In this document: positions 56,561-64,000 of the stretch, piece after piece
How positions within the stretch are numbered: the first letter of the stretch is position 1
Layout of the letters: the number at the start of each line of letters is the position of its first letter
DNA from: the human T2T-CHM13v2.0 reference genome, Homo sapiens
NCBI RefSeq assembly: GCF_009914755.1
Contig: NC_060928.1
Reading direction: 5' to 3' (one strand)
DNA length: 64,000 bases
Notes under the pieces: generated by a model
Database searches by the model: none
The model's input: the letters and a program-made list of their open reading frames with translations, nothing else
What the model was told of the DNA's origin: nothing
Position numbers and translations under genes: made by a program

Positions 56561-59500
56561 TTAACAGGTGTGTTCTTTTTCCCAAGTTAAGCCTCTGGAT
56601 TAATGCTTAGTTTTTCTTTCATCTCCTACATTCCTCAGTTAGGAGGATGCTCTTTAGTCCTGGTATTCAAAGGCAAGCAGAGTGGACAGTCTCCCCTTGG
56701 TTCTAGTCTTAGGGGTGAAGCTTCTTTTGAAGCCTACAGACTTACTCATGGTCCCATCTTTGTCCTCATTCTTAAAGGACAGGACTTTGGTGGTCATAAT
56801 ATAACCAAAATCTCTTTAGGTTAACAGCACTCCTTATGCATAATTTGAAGACCTGAGAGGTAGGGGTTAACACATCCAGAACTGATCCCCTGCAGGCCAG
56901 CTTCTCAGAAAAGAAGATGGACGCTAGCAAAGCTCCATAGAAACTAGTTAGGCTCAGTGCTCAAGGCAATCAATCGTGACCTATTGCAAAGGCTTGTCAG
57001 GGGGCCTCTCTCTCCTGACAGGGGAGAGGTTGGTGTTCCCCAAACTATGATTGCCCATGTGGTAAATCTTACTATTTGTATGCCATGCCCTATGACTGCA
57101 ACCACAGGGCCTCTCTCCTTGGTCCCTCTCCCGCTCCCTGCCACCCCCTGCTGATCATGCAGGGGAGGGGCTGATGTTACATCAAATCATGAATGCTGAA
57201 CTGTACCAAGGCTTTGCCATGTCATATTGCTATTGCGTCTGGCTCCTAATCATACAGCATCTGATGATAGGATAATGGGAGACCAGCACCCTGCTATTGC
57301 TCCTGCCTCTGCAAGTTCTCACAAAGCAATGCTGCTCCCAGTTGGTCTGCTGTGAGTGCTGCTTACCAAGTTACCTTGCTAGCATGGCAATTGTTCCAGT
57401 AAATGGAATATTTGTCTAGGCACACATCATGGCCTTCCAGAAGCAAGTCAGGAAAGCAGAGATAGATTAAAGACTCAAAGAGAGGGTCTAGTAGCAGAGT
57501 TGTTGTCAGCCTTTGGGAGTTGGTGACTATCAGCAGGAATGACCCCTGGAAAACTGAGGAGTGGGAGACCTACAGGGTTAAGACTCAATGATAGAATTTA
57601 TTGTTTTTTTAGTGAGAGTAAAATAAGTTGCTAAAGATGGGATGGATACTGTACTGAGAAGAAAGCTGAACCACTGCTTCATAACACTCATGGAAAAATA
57701 AAACAAAATCACATAGTGTCATGATCACTAAAGAATGGGTAGAGGAGATAATTAGGGAAGGGTACTGACCATCAGCAAACAGGGATAAGTGGACTCCCAA
57801 TTCTAACTCCTCTCTATGAGATCAAAACGGGAAAGGGGACAGTCCCTTATAGTGGTGGCCTCCTCCAGAAGTCTGTTGCTGGGTCTGCCTTCCACTGCTG
57901 GGTGTTTCAAGGGAGTGCTGGTAGTTATTTCAATGTGTCTTCACAATACTGTGCTGCTCCTGGTGCCTTCTGAGCTCCTGGCAATTTATAGAGATACACT
58001 AGCTAGTGTCTGTCCAAAAACTGTCAACAATAAATTTAAGGATCTGAACTGAGCAAGCTAGTCAGGACAGCTGTTTCTTTCTTCAGAAGTCCCCCAGTCA
58101 TTGGAAGAACTTGGAATTAATGCTTAGATTATGGTTAGCCTTTACTCCAACTCTGTAATAAAGTCATACAGGAGGGTCTTCCAAACCGGAAAATGTGCAC
58201 TTTCTACGTTGTTCTTACAATGATCTCCCCTGCCTTGTCTGCAGTGAACATATTCAGTAACTTGGGGTTGTCACCAATCATCTATCATCCAAGAGGACAT
58301 CTAATTTTCCTCTGGGTTTCCCACAGCAAAGTCAATATCTAGACTCAAAGCTAATGGGTTGAAATGGAATGGGCTGCTAATGAAGTGGGAGATGATACTT
58401 ACAAGCCACCCACTGGAATTGGGAGAAGGGAAAGGACTAAAATATGGACTGAAATGAAGGGTTAACTTGTCCAAGACTGACCTCTCCAGTCTAGCCCCTC
58501 ACAAAGAAGGCTGGCCTCCTGCACAGCTCAATGTAAACCATCTAGTCTCAGTGCTTAAGTCCATGAATTTGGTCAAAAGCAAGGCTTGAACTTAGCTCAT
58601 CATGGGGAAGCGGAAAGAGGAAAGTGCTGGTGCTTCCTCAACTATGAATGCTGGTGTGGTAAACCCTACTGCTAGTTTGCATGCCCCCCAAACCTCACCA
58701 ATAAAGCTGCAACTGCAAGGCTTGGACCCCAGTCCCTCATTATGCCAGAGAAGAGGCTGGCATTGTATCCAACCACTAATGCTGACCTGGCAGGATAGGA
58801 TTGAAATGAAGAATGTGCCACTCATCTTGCTATTGTTCCCTGGCCTCAGATCATACCAAAGGAGGAGCTGGTGTTTCCCCAGTCATGTCTGGCCCCGATA
58901 GACCTCTGTGTGCAGCTCTAGAATGAATGGGAACGTCTATTGATCCAGTGTCTGAGAGCTTTCTCCTGTGCCCCACAGACACAGTGAGAATGCTGCTTGT
59001 CCGTTTGTCCTGTTTGCATAATAAAAACCTTACAAATAAGGTCACAATTCTGAAAGAAGATACAGCTGATTTGTTCCAAGTGTTTTTCAGTTGATGACAA
59101 CTCCAAACCAGCCACCCCAGGTAAAGATCTAAAGATATTTGACCTGAAGAATGAGACTGCCAGCCCTTGAGTCAAAGGGAACCAGGCCATGCCGCACACC
59201 AAAGACCCATTTTTAGCAGCAGTGGGGACTTGAACCTATCTACTGTTTGTGACTCTGGCCAGGGAGCTCTGCGTGGGGCTCTGGTCACATTTACACCAGT
59301 GGGATGAACATGACCCTTGACTGTAGCCATGTGCCCAGTCTCTGTGGCTCTGGCTTCTGCTCATGTTCCTCATTTGCTCTATGGTTCCCTGAGTGTGCTG
59401 GAGCCCTGCCAAAGACTATAGACTGCTTGGTTGGGCCCTGACCACCTGCCCGTTGCCATCTGCCAGCTAATGTCCCACTTTAGCATGAATGAGGGCACCC

Positions 59501-60294
59501 CTGGAATCAGGATGCTGCCACCTGCCCCTGGGCACAGCTGCCACCTAGCTGTTGCTGCAAGGCCTCCATTCGCTTGTCTGGACCAATCAGATCAGATATG
59601 TGGAAGCTGGACCACCATCGCCTCAGAGGGAACCCTTCAGCCAGGCAAGTCCCCACTCCACTCTAGTCACATATTCTTGAAACTCCTAGTTCACTTTTTT
59701 TAGGTTGAAAATTCTACCCCATATTACAGAAGCTTCACAGATAATTTTCACCCTCACTAGGTACATCAAACACTCAAAGTTAATCTCTAGAGTTTTCATC
59801 AACACTGACTTACTTGTTTTATCTGTCAGGCAATAAAGATATGGTTCTAGGGTTTATGAACTATTTAAGGGCATAGAAAAATATTTTAGACTGACAAAAG
59901 TAGTTCCAAAACAAAATAACACACTCTCAAATGATCTCAAAAGCAAAAGCCTTTACAATTCTTCGTAACCCAAACTTCTTACTTATGAAATATGAGTGTA
60001 TTTCATCATCCAATAGGGTGGAGCATCTAAACTCAAGCAAGCCAAGGACCTGAGAGTGTAATCTCATGGCAGACCCTCCCTGACTGCTCACATTTTCCAA
60101 CCTCATCCTTTCCCTCAGTTGCTGCGTGGCTGCCACTAAATGGTAGGTGCAACATGGTGCCGTGCGTACTAACCACAGGGCCCATAGGCAGAGTATTTTT
60201 TGAACGAATGGGTGCATAGATGAATGAATAAATAAATTGAGCAATGTATAAATCCTCCAATAGAAATATTTTAAGATATTTTTAAAAATCAGAA

Positions 60295-60480
60295 TGAGAG
60301 GGGAATGGGGAGTTGCTGCTTAATGAGTAAAGAGTTTCAGTTTTGCAAGGTGAGAAAATTCTGGAGATTGGTTGTGCAACCAAGTGAATATACTTAACAC
60401 TGCTAAATATACTTAGAAATGATGAAGATGTCTAAGTTTTATGTTATGTTTTTCACCACCATAAAAAATTTAAAAATCAA
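60295..60480 (+). mobile_element. L1MB 3' end
   Basis: gggaatggggagttgctgcttaatgagtaaagagtttcagttttgcaag...ctggagattggttg. Confidence 0.8.
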
Positions 60481-61059
60481 ACAAAATTTTAAAAAAGTAG
60501 AAATAAAATTTACAGAAAAATTCAAAATACACTTATGACAGCTATCTGAATCTCACTGCAGCCACTCTTCAGTTTTCATCAACATAGCCCTGACTTCTTT
60601 GTCCTATTTTCACATAATATGTATGATTTATTCTATGACTTCTTTTGGTGGGGGGGTCAGTAACTGACAGTTCCATTTGACAGTCCAGACAGAATTTGAT
60701 GGTGTAATTACAAAAACAAAATAAAAACAATTTTACTTTCAATTTTATATAAGGAAGAACTTAACCCTTTTGTACAGTTTGAAAATTAAAACTTGACTTT
60801 TAGCAACAGGCTAGAAATTTTTAACAAATTTCTCAATAACTTCTCAAATTTCTGATATAACTTCTCAATTTATAGTAAGCCATATCTCCCCAGTGTGTAC
60901 ATTTATAATCACCTAGAGTCTCTGCACTCAGAAATGACTACTATTAACGTGTTAGTGTATGATATATGCACCATATAAATATATTTTACATTGTTTTATA
61001 TCTTATTTTTCTATTTAAGGTATCAGGAGCATTTTCTGAAATTAACACGTATTTGGAGT

Positions 61060-61565
61060 TTCCTGTATTAATTTGGAATAAAATCCAAAGTCCTCACCTT
61101 GGCCTACAAGCCCCAGTGTGATCTATCCTAAGCCTCCCTGTCTAATTTCAGCTTCTTCCACTTCCCACCTTCCACTCACTGTGTTCTAGTCACACTGGCC
61201 TTCTTGCTGGTCCTTAGGCAATGATCAGCATGCACTTGCCTCAGGACCTTTGCACTTATTGCATCTTCCCTCTGGAACCCCTTTCTTCGGATTTTCACAA
61301 GGGCTTCTCCCTCATTTCATTGCTGTCTCACCTTATAATAGATAAGCACCTTATATAAAGTGATAACCATTGTGTATCCCCTTGCTCTACTTTATTATTT
61401 ATTGTAGCACTTAACACTGACTTAATATTATATTATATAGCTATTGATTGTTAAGACCTGGTTTTCCTAGAAGAATGTAAGCTCTACAAGGGCAGAGACT
61501 TTGTCTTGTTCATTCTGCTATCCCCTGACACTAGGTTCTAAATCACTGTTTGTTGAATGAACCAA
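61060..61565 (+). mobile_element. LINE-2 3' region
   Basis: aataaaatccaaagtcctcaccttggcctacaag...gaatgtaagctctacaagggcagagact...ttgttgaatga. Confidence 0.8.
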
Positions 61566-61909
61566 TGACTTTTGCTTTAACCTATTTCATGACTGCACAG
61601 AACTCTGTTGCATGGATGTTGCTAAATACATTTAGCTAATTCCCTTTTCTGGGATACTATAGATTGCACTGCAGTGGAATACTTAAATATGTTCTCTTAA
61701 ATACAGTAGTTTTCCATTGTTTTATCCGAGTTAATTACATTGAGTGCAGCAGCTTCCTAGCCATCCCCCTTCCTCTTTTCCCTCCTCTGACAGTTTGTAT
61801 CACAGACAGACTGATATCACACTCCTTTCCTTGCCCTCCGTGTACAGAAGCTTAAGTCCAAGCTCTGACTGCTGGTGTGTCCTTATTCTATCTTCCCACT
61901 GCAGTTTCC

Positions 61910-62070
61910 CAGGGTGGGAAGAGTGGGGAGGATCACAAAAAAATAATGGGTACTAGGCTTAGTACCTGGGTGATGAAATAATCTATACCACAAACCCCAT
62001 GACACAAGTTTACCTATGTAACAAACCTGCATATGTACCCCTGAACTTAAAATAAAAGTTAAAAAAATAA
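61910..62070 (+). mobile_element. L1PA (about PA13-PA16) 3' end
   Basis: gggtactaggcttagtacctgggtgatgaaataatct...cccctgaacttaaaataaaagtt. Confidence 0.85.
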
Positions 62071-63152
62071 TTTAACTATTCGAAGAAACACTCCACACTT
62101 CCCACTGGACGCAGGTTGTCCCTCTTACCATTTGCTCTAATTATGCTTTAGTGTACACTGTTCCCTCTTCACAGAATATATTCCTATTTATTTACAAGCC
62201 TAAATTCCACCCATCTTCCAAGTCCCTTGCCAGTCCCTCCTGATTGCATCGTGCCTTCCTTGAATCTAGTCTGCATGATCTCTCACTTCTCTGAGCTTTT
62301 CTAATACTCCCTATGTCTAGCACGCATGGTGGCTTCTGACAATGTTCAGGCGCCTTGCGAGCTTTAGCTACAATCACATGAACTGCAACTTCCTGAAGCA
62401 CTTTCAAAGTCCTATGCAGTCCTAGTCACAAAATAATAAATATTTTTAAAATTTAGCAGTTTCACCAAAGTAAAAACTTTTATGCAAAATGAGATAGTGT
62501 TTTGAGGGAAGAAATGGCATTATTCAAGATCAAATCTTTTCATCTTTCCCTATATTTTCTTTTTATATTATCTACACACTATTCTGCCATAAAAATTTTC
62601 CATTCTTAAATTCCTATTTGCAATCCTTGATCAGCCACTATATATTATCTATTTCTGACAATTTTGTTGTTGTTTTAGATTTTGGCTTGTCTTAACATTA
62701 TTAAGTATGAAGTTATTTTTAAATGAGTATTACATTCAGGAATTATTTTAAAAATCATGATGAGGTGTTACGTGAGTTATACAGATATTTCTTGGTTTTC
62801 ATATAAGGGGCATGGGGCATTATGAAAATCTAAAAGTATACCTTTCATTCTTTTCATCCTGTGTGTAGAGGGGTTGGGGAGAATGCTTTCTCTTGGTGAG
62901 GATGTTACCGGGTGGGAACTGTAGGCTGAGCACTCAGGCAGAAGCATGAGCAAGGGATTCTGCAAAAAATATTCTGCAAGGAATACTGAAGCTGGGTCCA
63001 CAAGTCACATGGTTTTGCTTTTTGATCTCAATAATATACATGATTATGCTGAAATCTCAGGTCTTTTTTCTCGACCACCACGTGTTTTTCCATTGTGTGA
63101 TCTCAGGATCCACCAAAACATACCCAAGGCATCCTGGCAAATGCCCACTCAC

Positions 63153-63338
63153 CATCTTCCTCGTAGAGAAGACCCATATGCATGTGTGCCTCGGCTTCTT
63201 TCTTCCCACAGTCAATTTTGATCAGCTGAGCAATCTTAAAACATCGTTCATAGAAGTGGTTCCTTACCCACTTGTCTTCAGAATTATTGAAGTAACAGGC
63301 CAGAGCATACAAGTTATTATGTACATCTTCGAAGGATT
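63153..63338 (-). CDS. TTC29: TTC29 internal coding exon (probably exon 6), 186 nt, phase 1-1
   Basis: Minus strand: acceptor tgcttttctctctttgaag|AATCC, donor GATG|gtgagt. Translates (E)SFEDVHNNLYALACYFNNSEDKWVRNHFYERCFKIAQLIKIDCGKKEAEAHMHMGLLYEEDG, which matches my recall of human TTC29. Exon number is from memory. Confidence 0.95.
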
Positions 63339-64000
63339 CTTCAAAGAGAGAAAAGCACCATGAATGGCATTAGAAAGATGTCTCATGGCACACCCTTTAG
63401 AACGGCAAACCAATATCATGACTTCCTATTTTTCCTTAAAGATGTGATTACCAATTTTAAAAATTGGGTCTAAAAGCAAAAATTAATTTATTTTAACTAT
63501 TATATTAATTACATTAATTAAAGGATGTGCAGATGAGTAAAGCAACAAAAGGCTTTCTGAAAACTTAGAACATGTAGGAAATTGACACTATCTGGTTGAA
63601 ACAGGAGGCTTTAAGATGTAGGACAGGACAATACCTACTAGCAACATGCTGAGTGCTTTTGGAAGAAAGGATTATGTAGTTTCATTGAGTACTTTTCCCA
63701 CTGGAGGTTTGAAAGTACTTAGAGATTCTAGAGATGGCAATGTTTCTCAGCCATAGCAAAAGATAATGTAAATGAAGAGAGCAAAATGGATATGAAAATA
63801 CCAAGGTATTTCATATCATAAAAATGTCACGGGCCTGATAGATACAACAAATGATGATCAGAATGACCCTATAAGCTCCATATGCTTTCAAGCAATGTTT
63901 CTAGCAATACAAATTTCTAGCAATGTTAAGAAAGAGTAGACTTCTACGCTTCTGTTTTCTATGGGTATTTTTTTGCTGGGAATGCATAAATACTGTCGTT

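Noticed and set aside
60125-60147. CTCF-like site gccactaaatggtag
   Set aside because: Two mismatches at high-information positions; cannot be supported without ChIP data.

Overview
Human or great-ape genomic DNA: AT-rich, CpG-depleted and dense in Alu, L1, MIR, L2 and MaLR repeats. It is not prokaryotic. The whole window lies inside the minus-strand gene TTC29 (TPR protein of the sperm flagellum/axoneme, 4q31.22). Three internal coding exons are visible: 63338-63153 (186 nt), 34537-34325 (213 nt) and 27192-27107 (86 nt). All have canonical AG/GT boundaries and splice in frame to ESFEDVHNNLYALAC...[15 protein letters not shown]...IAKEG-SDKKMEAEASYYLGLAHLAAEEYETALT. The rest is intron: retro- and DNA-transposon fossils plus several repeat-poor, TF-motif-dense blocks that are candidate long-range enhancers (POU4F2 is the recalled neighbouring gene). 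Almost all ORFs in the track are chance or repeat-derived. I found no convincing new multi-gene system. The best leads are a homotypic CAGATG E-box cluster and other enhancer-like blocks, a perfect 52-bp templated duplication near an exon, a trimeric Alu and an arm-fusion monomeric Alu, an old duplicated MIR/LTR junction, and several hairpin or inverted-repeat structures. Repeat subfamily calls and old-repeat boundaries are by eye and approximate.
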